From assembly GCA_963737095.1 (NCBI GenBank), contig CAVTRK010000003.1, positions 74,222-138,221 on the forward strand: 64,000 nucleotides of DNA, in the 5' to 3' direction. Source of the DNA: an uncultured Acidobacteriota bacterium (lineage in GTDB: Bacteria; Acidobacteriota; Terriglobia; Terriglobales; Acidobacteriaceae). The position numbers and the translations under genes were made by a program. A model generated the notes under the pieces. The model was given only the letters and a program-made list of their open reading frames with translations, was not told the DNA's origin and searched no databases. Of this stretch, positions 56,461-64,000 are shown in pieces (within the stretch, counting starts at the first letter, position 1; every line of letters starts with the position of its first letter).

Positions 56461-57633
56461 ATGACGCCTCTTCCGATTCGCCTCCGACTCACGTTTTGGA
56501 ACTTCTCGGTACTCTCTTGGGTCATCGTCAGCGTGGGTGCAACCACCTGGTTTCTTTTTCAGCACAGCATTGAGCTGACGGCTGCAAAATCGGTGGAAGC
56601 CGGCGCACATGGCCAACCCTCCGCAGTACAAGCGCTGCTCTCTCAAGTCGCATTGATCGCACTGTTGCATGTTTTCGTGCGCGACGTTGTGATTCTGGTG
56701 CCGCTCATACTGTTTCTGGCTGCACTTCTCGGCTACTGGATGAGTCGCAAAGCAATGCATCCCATGGCAGACCTTGCACGCCTGGCACGGCAGGTCTGCG
56801 ATCACAGTGTGAATCTCCGGCTCCCCGTTTCATCAATTAATGATGAGTTCTCCGACATTTCGACGACATTGAATCATATGTTGAACCGCGTGGAAGCCAG
56901 CGATCACAGTATTCGGGACTTCACCGCAAACGCGTCCCAGGAACTGCAAACGCCGGTCGCACTGATTCGCTCTGAGGTGGATGCCGCCCTCTCCTCGCCC
57001 AAAAGCAACGAACAATATCGTGAGTCGTTTGCCAACGTGCAGCAGGAAGTCATTCACTTGAGCGGCGTGCTCGACAACATGTTGATGCTGGCAAGGGCCG
57101 ACGCTGGTGCGGAGGATCTCAGCTTTGAAGTCATTGATGCAGGCCGTTTGGTGCGGCGTATCGGAGAGAAGTGGAGCTCTTCAATGCGACAAGCGCTGCT
57201 GGAATTCCATGTGGAAACCTGCTGCGCTCCGGCACTCATTCGCGCCGATCTTGTCTGTATCCAGCGCCTGCTGAATATTCTTCTTGAAAACGCCTGCCGC
57301 TACACGCCCCCGGGCGGCTCAATTACATTGCGTGCATCTGCGGATACCGAGCGGGTGCTGCTGGAGGTTCGCGACACGGGAATCGGAATTTCCGGAGAGC
57401 ACTTGCCGCGACTCTTCCAGCGCTTCTATCGCGTTGACTCCGTCCGCAGCCGGCAAATGGGTGGATCGGGTCTCGGCCTGGCACTCGCCAAGTGGATTGC
57501 GGATCAGCACCAGGCTACGTTGATCGTCGAGAGCGAGATCGGAGTCGGAACGTGTTTTCGCATCGCCATCGAGCAACAGCGCGGTCCAGAACCACGCCTG
57601 AGAAAAACTCTGGTCATGGCTGGGAGTGCCTGA
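56461..57633 (+). CDS. Membrane histidine-kinase-like protein (2 TM, HAMP, DHp, HATPase) with Gln in place of the phospho-acceptor His
   Basis: The H-box reads FTANASQELQTPVALI (tcc cag gaa ctg caa acg ccg) where the canonical form is SHELRTP. The N-box (LLENACRYTP), G1 (VRDTGIGI) and G2 (GGSGLGLALA) are intact. SD AAGGA. Confidence 0.8.
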   Translation: MTPLPIRLRLTFWNFSVLSWVIVSVGATTWFLFQHSIELTAAKSVEAGAHGQPSAVQALLSQVALIALLHVFVRDVVILVPLILFLAALLGYWMSRKAMHPMADLARLARQVCDHSVNLRLPVSSINDEFSDISTTLNHMLNRVEASDHSIRDFTANASQELQTPVALIRSEVDAALSSPKSNEQYRESFANVQQEVIHLSGVLDNMLMLARADAGAEDLSFEVIDAGRLVRRIGEKWSSSMRQALLEFHVETCCAPALIRADLVCIQRLLNILLENACRYTPPGGSITLRASADTERVLLEVRDTGIGISGEHLPRLFQRFYRVDSVRSRQMGGSGLGLALAKWIADQHQATLIVESEIGVGTCFRIAIEQQRGPEPRLRKTLVMAGSA

Positions 57634-57767
57634 TCCAGTCCCTTCGCACCGCGTGTATCCCACCTCAATCGAGCCAAACAGGAAGCCCCTTCTCATAAAT
57701 TTCCTGGGCGCTAAGCACAGCCATGTCCGCGATTTACGCTGAGATGTAAAAGATGGACTGTAATGTT

Positions 57768-57854
57768 TGGTGCCGAAGAAGGGACTCGAACCCCCACACC
57801 CTTGCGAGTACATGGACCTGAACCATGCGCGTCTGCCAATTCCGCCACTTCGGC
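57768..57854 (-). tRNA. tRNA-Leu (anticodon CAG), 87 nt with encoded CCA
   Basis: Minus strand GCCGAAGTGGCGGAATTGGCAGACGCGCATGGTTCAGGTCCATGTACTCGCAAGGGTGTGGGGGTTCGAGTCCCTTCTTCGGCACCA. Acceptor stem GCCGAAG/CTTCGGC, anticodon stem CATGG/CCATG with loop TTCAGGT, a long variable arm and a TTCGAGT T-loop. Confidence 0.9.
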
Positions 57855-58093
57855 CTGTTTTTCAGAGGCTAGCTGTCCGCCAGAAAATAAGCGGCAGTCC
57901 TTACTCTTACAAAGTCGACAGATGCTGTCAACATTCGTCCGTCAAAGAAATTTCTGTGGGTACATACACCACCCTCAAATGGTACATTTGCAATCGTTGC
58001 GTACACGAGTATCCTGAGATTTCGTTCCTGATGCGTAGTGTTAAAACGATGGGCGCGCGCGAAAGGGAAAAACTACGACGAAAGGTTTTCGGC

Positions 58094-58333
58094 ATGACGA
58101 ACTCTTCACTTGCCAATTCCGCCAGTATTCCCCCTGAGCTCTCCACCGAGATTCGCCGACTCATGCATGACTTGAGCAATGCGCTCGAGATTGTATTGCA
58201 GGCTGGATATCTGCTGACGACTGCGGAAACAGAAGAGCCGGTGAAGGAGTGGATCGGCCTGCTGGATGGTGGTGCACAACAGGCCTTGAAGATTCATCAA
58301 CAACTGCGCGATTATATTCGCGTGCACAGCTAA
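58094..58333 (+). CDS. 79-aa stand-alone DHp (HisKA-like) helical-hairpin protein
   Basis: AAAGG lies 8 nt upstream of ATG 58094. The sequence is MTNSSLANSASIPPELSTEIRRLMHDLSNALEIVLQAGYLLTTAETEEPVKEWIGLLDGGAQQALKIHQQLRDYIRVHS. RRLMHDLSNALEIVLQAGYLL resembles the H-box AHDFNNLLTVILGYAELL. By my count about 60 percent of third codon positions are G or C. Confidence 0.4.
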   Translation: MTNSSLANSASIPPELSTEIRRLMHDLSNALEIVLQAGYLLTTAETEEPVKEWIGLLDGGAQQALKIHQQLRDYIRVHS

Positions 58334-58358
58334 GCGACCGCCGCAGCATCTGGCGCGA

Positions 58359-58784
58359 TTACACCAATTGCGCATCCAGGGTGATCTCCGCCGCCTTCAA
58401 CAGGCGCGAGATCGGACAATTTACTTTCGCCTCATTGGCAGCGGTGGCAAACGCCTCTTTGCTGGCGCCGGGAACCTTGGCGCGCGTCGTCAAATGAATT
58501 TTTGTCACCGTTGGCCCAGTCTGCAACATCTCCAAAGTCAGGTCGGCCGTGGTTTCCAGTGAGTCCGGGTTCAAGTTCGCCTTCGTCAACTGACCGCTCA
58601 GCGCCATTGTGAAACAACCAGCATGAGCCGCCGCAATCAACTCTTCCGGGTTGGTACCTTTGCCGTCTTCAAACCTGGTATGAAAAGAATAGGCGGTATC
58701 CTTCAAAGTTCCGCTTTCGGTTGAAATGGTACCTTTTCCGTCCTTCAGTGTTCCCTTCCAAACTGCGCTTGCTTTCCGTTGCAT
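58359..58784 (-). CDS. osmC: OsmC-family peroxiredoxin
   Basis: 141 aa with the two conserved Cys contexts AAHAGCFTMAL and EAKVNCPISR. A strong SD AGGAGG lies 5 nt upstream of ATG 58784. Confidence 0.85.
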   Translation of the reverse strand: MQRKASAVWKGTLKDGKGTISTESGTLKDTAYSFHTRFEDGKGTNPEELIAAAHAGCFTMALSGQLTKANLNPDSLETTADLTLEMLQTGPTVTKIHLTTRAKVPGASKEAFATAANEAKVNCPISRLLKAAEITLDAQLV

Positions 58785-59009
58785 GTATTCCTCCTTGGAT
58801 TGGTTGAGGATGGGGTGGGAACCCGGGTTCCACGACCCATGATTGAAACTCCAGAATAGCAGCCGCACATGACAGAGTCGAACCCGCCAACCTCGGATGG
58901 ATGTCGCATATTTCCCGTGCGCGCATCGCTTATAACCCGCGTCGAAACAGCAGAGCTTGCGACTGCAAAGGAAGGCGCGGCACTCTGGCTCCCCTGATTC
59001 CGGCGCCGA

Positions 59010-60482
59010 TTAATGAATGTTGGTGGGACCAAAAAGTTGAGGTCGCAGAGGCAATTCAAAGGAGAAAACAGATCCGTGGCCGACTTGGCTGGTCACGCTG
59101 ATGGTGCCACCATGGGATTCTACGATGGCTTTGGCAATCGCCAATCCCATTCCCGTTCCATGTACCTGGTAGCGTTGCCCTGTACCACGGTAGAACTTAT
59201 CGAAGATAAAACTCTTCTCCAGCATTCCAATTCCCACTCCGCGATCCGCGACGCTGACGACAAGCACATCTCTGCTCTCCTCCGCGCTGATGAAGATCGG
59301 ACTCCCGGGCGGAGAATATTTCGCGGCATTTTCCAACAAATGATGCAGCACTTTTTCGATCATGCGCAAGTCGAACGGGACTGGCCGCAAATCTTGCGGA
59401 AGTCGTACCGTGATCGGGTGCGCAGTGACAATTTCCTGCGCATTCTTCACCGATTCGTCCACCAGTTCCTGAACGCTATGCAATTGCAGGTCAAGCTGCA
59501 CTTCGTGGGCGTCGAGTTGCGCCATCTCTACCGCCTCTTCAATCAATCGGTTCAACCGCCCGCTCTCCTCGTCGATAATGGCGAGCAATTCGTCACGCTG
59601 CTCAACCGTCAGCTGTAACTCTGAACGCAGGCTGCTGACAGCTCCCATGATCGAGGTAAGGGGGGTCCTCAATTCATGAGTGACGGAATCGAGCAGCGCG
59701 CTGCGGATCCTTTCGCTTTCACGCGCGGCCTCGGTCTTGCCGAGTTGCTCAACCGCGCCGGCGCGCTCCACCGCAATCGCAACCATGCTCCCCAGGGCAT
59801 CCAGACTCTGCCGCGACGGGCACTTGCCCAGAATTCCTAGAGCTCCAATGGGGCGCACTCCCATCATCAATGGGACCAGGCAAATTCGCTTCTCTTCGTT
59901 CCTTTGAATATCGCGTTCTCGAGAAGCGGCGCGAAGCATTTCGTCGCTGATCTCCTCGCTGCTTCGCCCGGAGTGGTAGACGCTGCTCCGCGAACTCACC
60001 AACAGAGCCGTGCCTTCAGTAAAGAACGTCGCGGTAATGATTCTGGGGATAGAATTCAGCAGATCGAGAATATTATCAGTCGTAAGCAGTTGCCGACTGA
60101 AGTCGTACAAGCGCTCCATTTCAATTCTCTGGCTCTTGGCTTCGTTGGCTTCATCCCTGGCCCGATTGGAAAGCCTGCTGGATAAAATCGCGGTTACCAG
60201 GAAAGCGCTCAAAGAAACCCAGTTCTGCGGATCGGCGATCGTAAATTTTCCGATGGGGGGCAAAAAGAAAAAATTAATCGCCAGCGTGGAGAGAATCGAC
60301 GTGAAGACGGCGTTTGAAAGCCCCCACCTTCCTGCAATAAATAAAACGTATAACAATAGTGTCAGCGATACTGTGGTGTGATTGACATGCAGCAGAGAAA
60401 AATAGATCCAGACAATCAGCCCCACGGCCAAGGCGGACAACAAGTACCGTACCGTCGGAGATGTGCTATGTCGCAGCATCAT
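59010..60482 (-). CDS. kdpD: KdpD C-terminal half: 4-TM (DUF4118-like) plus GAF-like plus HisKA plus HATPase sensor kinase
   Basis: The TM bundle (VRYLLSALAVGLIVWIYFSLL...INFFFLPPIGKFTIADPQNWVSL) is typical of KdpD. H-box (LLDSVTHELRTPLTSI), N-box (LLENAAKYSP), G-boxes (VADRGVGIG, GTGMGLAIAKAIV). It starts at ATGATG 60482. The upstream in-frame ORF part was rejected. Confidence 0.85.
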   Translation of the reverse strand: MMLRHSTSPTVRYLLSALAVGLIVWIYFSLLHVNHTTVSLTLLLYVLFIAGRWGLSNAVFTSILSTLAINFFFLPPIGKFTIADPQNWVSLSAFLVTAILSSRLSNRARDEANEAKSQRIEMERLYDFSRQLLTTDNILDLLNSIPRIITATFFTEGTALLVSSRSSVYHSGRSSEEISDEMLRAASRERDIQRNEEKRICLVPLMMGVRPIGALGILGKCPSRQSLDALGSMVAIAVERAGAVEQLGKTEAARESERIRSALLDSVTHELRTPLTSIMGAVSSLRSELQLTVEQRDELLAIIDEESGRLNRLIEEAVEMAQLDAHEVQLDLQLHSVQELVDESVKNAQEIVTAHPITVRLPQDLRPVPFDLRMIEKVLHHLLENAAKYSPPGSPIFISAEESRDVLVVSVADRGVGIGMLEKSFIFDKFYRGTGQRYQVHGTGMGLAIAKAIVESHGGTISVTSQVGHGSVFSFELPLRPQLFGPTNIH

Positions 60483-60509
60483 AGCAATTCTACTCAGGTC
60501 AGATAAACC

Positions 60510-61658
60510 ATGACGCGGCAACCAGAAAATATCAAGCCCGTCAAAACGCCGGAGCAATGGCTGGAAGCCGCCGCGCCGGAAAAGACCGCGGGCATTTTGA
60601 AGGTCTTTCTCGGCTACGCGCCCGGCGTTGGCAAAACATTCAGCATGCTCAGCGAAGCCATTCGGCGCCGCAATCGAGGCGAAGATGTGGTCATTGGATT
60701 TATCGAAACCCATCAGCGCCCCCGTGTCATCGAGTTGGCCAAACAATTGGAAGCGATCCCAACCCGCAAGGTGGAATACAAAGGCACCTTCTTCGAAGAG
60801 TTAGATCTCGATGCGGTGCTGTCGCGCAAACCCCAGGTGGTGCTGATCGACGAACTGGCGCACACAAATATTCCCGGCTGCAAGCACGCAAAACGATATG
60901 AAGATGTTTTAGAAGTCTTGCAACACCGCATTGACGTGATGTCGGCGCTCAATGTTCAGCACGTGGAGAGCGTGGCACCCACCGTGCAGAGCATCACCGG
61001 CGTAACCGTGCGGGAGACGGTTCCCGATTGGGTGCTGGGCCGCGCCGATGAAGTGGTGCTCGTCGACGTAACTCCGGAAGCGCTGCAGACCCGCATGCAG
61101 CGCGGCGACATCTATCCGGCGGAGCGCATCGAAAGATCGCTGGCAAACTTCTTTCGCCGCGGCAACCTGCTCGCTCTGCGAGAACTGGCCCTGAAGCGAG
61201 TAACGCATGCGGTCGATCAGAACCTGGATGCCTACCTGCGCAGAAAACAATTAGGGCAGGATTGGGTGGTTCAGGAACGGGTTGCCGTTTGCATCAGTTC
61301 CAACCCCGCCTCGCAGCAGCTCATTGCCCGCGGCGCCCGCATGGCGGAGGGAATGGACGCGGAATTTTACATCTTGCACGTCGATCTACCCGACGATGCG
61401 ATTGAAGAGAAAAGCAGAAACCTGGCGGCAAATCTGCGTTTTGCAGAAAATCTTTCGGCGCGTATTTTCCATGTCCAGGGCGGCAAAGTTGCCAGTGCCA
61501 TTGCCGATTTTGTGCGTGAACATCGCATCACACAAATAATTCTTGGCCGCTCAGCGGTTCGGGGGTGGCGAAATTACCTCTACTTCATGGCGATTCAAAA
61601 GCTGCTTCGCGAGGCTCCTCACGTCGATGTACACATCGTGACCCAGGAGCCGCATTGA
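60510..61658 (+). CDS. kdpD: KdpD N-terminal half as a separate gene: KdpD_N (P-loop) plus USP-like domain
   Basis: LKVFLGYAPGVGKTFSMLSEA...VVIGFIETH...VVLIDELAHTN...RYEDVLEVL..IDVMSALNVQHVES matches the KdpD sensor N-domain. It is followed by a USP-like fold (VAVCISSNPASQQLIARGARMA...ITQIILGRS). Confidence 0.85.
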   Translation: MTRQPENIKPVKTPEQWLEAAAPEKTAGILKVFLGYAPGVGKTFSMLSEAIRRRNRGEDVVIGFIETHQRPRVIELAKQLEAIPTRKVEYKGTFFEELDLDAVLSRKPQVVLIDELAHTNIPGCKHAKRYEDVLEVLQHRIDVMSALNVQHVESVAPTVQSITGVTVRETVPDWVLGRADEVVLVDVTPEALQTRMQRGDIYPAERIERSLANFFRRGNLLALRELALKRVTHAVDQNLDAYLRRKQLGQDWVVQERVAVCISSNPASQQLIARGARMAEGMDAEFYILHVDLPDDAIEEKSRNLAANLRFAENLSARIFHVQGGKVASAIADFVREHRITQIILGRSAVRGWRNYLYFMAIQKLLREAPHVDVHIVTQEPH

Positions 61659-61665
61659 GACTGCG

Positions 61666-62415
61666 ATGACAGATCCATCCACTCCACGGCGCGATGCAAC
61701 AGACCCCGCCAAAATTCTGATTGTCGATGATGAAGCGCAAATCATTCGCGTCCTGTCGATGGCTTGCACGGCTAGGGGCTATCGGGTTAAGTCTGCCTCG
61801 GACGGGGAATCTGCGCTCAGCGTGCTGAAAAGCTGGGCCGCCGACCTGGTCATTACCGACCTCTCTATGCCAAATATGGACGGGGTGGAACTTTGTCGCG
61901 CGATTCGAAAACTGCCATCGAACGTGCCGATTCTCGTACTGTCGGTACGCAACCAGGAGAAAGTTAAAATCGAAGCTCTGGATGCCGGCGCCGATGACTA
62001 TGTGACCAAGCCTTTTCAAATTGACGAACTTCTCGCCAGAGTTCGCGCTGCGCTCCGTCGCTTCAAAAATTCTTCTACATCAGACAAAACCGGGGAGAGA
62101 GTGGTTGGCGATTTTCGCATCGATCCCGCCTCGCGGCAGGTTTTCGTCCAGTCCAGGGAAGTCCATCTAACTCCGAAGGAGTTTGACCTGCTGCACGCAA
62201 TGTCGATGGCTCCCGATCGGGTGATCACCCGACGTGCCCTGATGGTGGCGGTTTGGGGCGGCTACAACGTGGATCAGCCTGAATCTCTGCGGGTGCTGAT
62301 CGGCCAGCTTCGTCGCAAGATCGAACCGGCGGATGAGCCGAAATATATCCTTACCGAGCCCTGGGTTGGATACCGCTTCGTCCCCGACGGGATCCATCCG
62401 CAGCCTTCCTTATAA
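61666..62415 (+). CDS. kdpE: OmpR-family response regulator KdpE
   Basis: KILIVDDEAQIIRVL...LVITDLSMPNMDG...GADDYVTKPF, and a winged helix (LRVLIGQLRRKIEPADEPKYILTEPWVGYRF). It directly follows the kdpD N-half. Confidence 0.85.
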   Translation: MTDPSTPRRDATDPAKILIVDDEAQIIRVLSMACTARGYRVKSASDGESALSVLKSWAADLVITDLSMPNMDGVELCRAIRKLPSNVPILVLSVRNQEKVKIEALDAGADDYVTKPFQIDELLARVRAALRRFKNSSTSDKTGERVVGDFRIDPASRQVFVQSREVHLTPKEFDLLHAMSMAPDRVITRRALMVAVWGGYNVDQPESLRVLIGQLRRKIEPADEPKYILTEPWVGYRFVPDGIHPQPSL

Positions 62416-62497
62416 CTTTATTACGATCTTCTTATCCCGTTTTTATACACATTCTGGCCAACTAACCATGGCGACGGATTGACGCCGAGGCGGAACG

Positions 62498-64000
62498 ATG
62501 TCACACGCATTTGTCATTGCAATGATCGCTATGGTGGCGATTGGATTTCTCGCATTTTGCTATGGGTGTTTTGCACTCACCAGGAACTCACGCAAATCAA
62601 AAAGTACTCGATCGGTCTATCCTTTAGGTGAAATCGAGTCTTCCAGCAGATCTAAAAAGGCTTCGCGTAACCTCTGGTGCTTGCTGCTCGCTGCACTTTG
62701 GATAACCGCGACGGCCCGCGCACAATCGACACCGCAAACAACGGAACAGCTGCAGCAACAAGTCCAGCAGCTTCAAAAACTGGTTCAGCAATTGCAATCG
62801 CGCGTGGACGTCTTGGAAAAAGAGCACGGAGCCGGCACACCCGCCGCTCCAGCTACTGGCGCATCTGTAACTCCGACTGCATCCGCGTCAGCGAACCAAG
62901 GAACCACTGTGCAGCCACCGTCGCTCTCTACCACTCCCGCGTCCGCCGCCGTTGCAACCAGCGCCCCAATTACGCCCTCCCCCACCCCTGCAGCTGCTGC
63001 AAGCGGGTCGCCCGCTCAAGCTTTGGCGATTCCGAGCTTTCTTGACGGCACCACACTGAATTTCACAGTCGACGGCTACTATGAATACAATTTCAATCGA
63101 CCCATTGGGCAAATGAATCAACTTCGCGCCTACGATATCTCTGCCAACAGCTTCAGCCTGAACCAGGCGGACATCGTGATCAACCATCCCACGGATGCTG
63201 CGCACGGAAAACGAATTGGCGGCCGGCTCGACCTTATGTTTGGGCAGGCAACGGAAACCCTGCAGGGAAATTCAAACAACGAGTTGCATCCCAGCACGTG
63301 GAGAAATGTATTCCAGGCCTACGGCACGTATGTCGCGCCGGTCGGGAGCGGTCTCACCATCGACTTTGGTAAATGGGCCAGCGCTCTTGGGGTGGAGGGC
63401 AATTATACGAAGGACCAACTCAATTACTCGCGCTCATACTACTTCAATTTCCTCCCCTTTTACCATATGGGATTTCGCACCGCCTATACATTCAATCCCA
63501 AGCTGACCGTTGCTTATTGGCTGGTGAACGGGGCCCAGCAGACGGACGCCTTCAGCGGATTTAAATCTCAGAACTTTGCTTTCACTCTTCACCCGGTGAG
63601 CACGCTGAGTTGGCAGATCAATTATTTCTTCGGCCAGCAGCAGCGGACTTTTGTGCTCAGCGGAAATCCGGACACGACGCAAACGGCGACTCCAATTGTG
63701 CCAACGCCGAACGGAAAGGAACACATTTTCGACAGCTATGCCACCTGGAATATCACACCGAAGTGGACCCTGGTCGGCGAAGGCGACTACGTTATCAACC
63801 GCGTTTACAGCGAATCAGCTCCGCAGCATGTGTCCGGCGGCGCCGCGTACCTCAACTATCAGTGGACTCCCAAGCTCGCGCTGGCCACGCGCTTCGAATA
63901 TCTGTCCGACCCACAAGGGCTGTTCAGCAGCGCATCTCAGGCATTGAAGGAATCAACGGTGACTGCTGACTATCAGCCGGCGGATGGATTCAAAGTGTTT
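62498..64000 (+). CDS. OmpL-like beta-barrel porin (partial, runs off the window end), with a coiled-coil and a Pro/Ala/Ser/Thr-rich linker
   Basis: Open frame absent from the ORF track because there is no stop in the window. GAGG lies 7 nt upstream of ATG 62498. Signal-like LWCLLLAALWITATARAQ, then EQLQQQVQQLQKLVQQLQSRVDVLEKE, then beta-strand-rich FTVDGYYEYNFNRP...RLDLMFGQ...GLTIDFGKW...YHMGFRTAYTFNPKLTVAYWLVNG. Confidence 0.6.
   Translation, partial: MSHAFVIAMIAMVAIGFLAFCYGCFALTRNSRKSKSTRSVYPLGEIESSSRSKKASRNLWCLLLAALWITATARAQSTPQTTEQLQQQVQQLQKLVQQLQSRVDVLEKEHGAGTPAAPATGASVTPTASASANQGTTVQPPSLSTTPASAAVATSAPITPSPTPAAAASGSPAQALAIPSFLDGTTLNFTVDGYYEYNFNRPIGQMNQLRAYDISANSFSLNQADIVINHPTDAAHGKRIGGRLDLMFGQATETLQGNSNNELHPSTWRNVFQAYGTYVAPVGSGLTIDFGKWASALGVEGNYTKDQLNYSRSYYFNFLPFYHMGFRTAYTFNPKLTVAYWLVNGAQQTDAFSGFKSQNFAFTLHPVSTLSWQINYFFGQQQRTFVLSGNPDTTQTATPIVPTPNGKEHIFDSYATWNITPKWTLVGEGDYVINRVYSESAPQHVSGGAAYLNYQWTPKLALATRFEYLSDPQGLFSSASQALKESTVTADYQPADGFKVF

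Noticed and set aside
57767-58093. Upstream two-thirds of the 188-aa plus-strand ORF
   Set aside because: It overlaps the tRNA-Leu gene and has no SD. Only the distal 79 codons, with an SD at 58081-58085, look coding.
58871-58950. GGTTCGACTC-containing stretch resembling a tRNA T-arm, considered a possible tRNA fragment or att site next to osmC/kdpD
   Set aside because: I could not fold a T-stem or acceptor stem from it. No integrase or direct repeat of the tRNA-Leu 3-prime end lies nearby.
62498-62630. A KdpF-like micro-ORF reading (MSHAFVIAMIAMVAIGFLAFCYGCFAL...) that seemed to end at ttag
   Set aside because: The TAG is out of frame (cct tta ggt). The frame stays open into the porin, and the peptide lacks the KdpF C-terminal motif.

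Overview
The window reads as a chromosomal segment of a moderately GC-rich soil bacterium. It looks Acidobacteria-like, which I infer only from gene content: a giant CarboxypepD_reg-type TonB-dependent receptor, a CRTAC1/ASPIC-UnbV plus TPR pair, and dense secreted CAZymes.

(1) Positions 1-28124, all on the minus strand, form one co-directional motility block with many 4-nt start/stop overlaps. The order is cheX-cheY-cheA-cheW-mcp-cheB-cheR, then an OmpR-type response regulator and a sigma-54 AAA+ response regulator. These are followed by flgB-flgC-fliE-fliF-fliG-fliH-fliI-fliJ-fliK-flgD-flgE-[293-nt gap]-fliN-fliO-fliP-fliQ-fliR-flhB-flhA. flhA is partial and runs off the window start.

(2) Positions 28.5-56.2 kb hold a hemicellulose/xylan utilisation region. 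It contains GH51, a mutarotase, a sugar isomerase, GH27, a LacI regulator, GH3 and GH31. It also contains a CRTAC1-like protein, a TPR protein, a 1255-aa TonB-dependent receptor, a secreted VOC protein, an unknown 634-aa secreted protein, an SGNH esterase and GH115.

(3) Positions 56.4-64 kb hold an orphan histidine-kinase-like gene whose phospho-acceptor His is Gln, tRNA-Leu(CAG) and a 79-aa stand-alone DHp-like ORF. These are followed by osmC, a kdpD split into two divergently transcribed genes, kdpE, and a partial OmpL-like porin.

I saw no transposase, integrase, CRISPR array, rRNA or recognisable defence genes.

The most notable observations are:
- Three independent frame disruptions, confined to flagellar export genes (fliI, fliP, fliR).
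- A soluble chemoreceptor with three near-identical 270-nt in-frame repeats.
- A recurring CTAAATCG-centred pseudo-palindrome in front of the sugar genes, a likely LacI operator.
- The His-less kinase together with the mini-DHp ORF.
- The split, divergent kdpD.

All functional calls come from motif recognition by eye. No database search was run.
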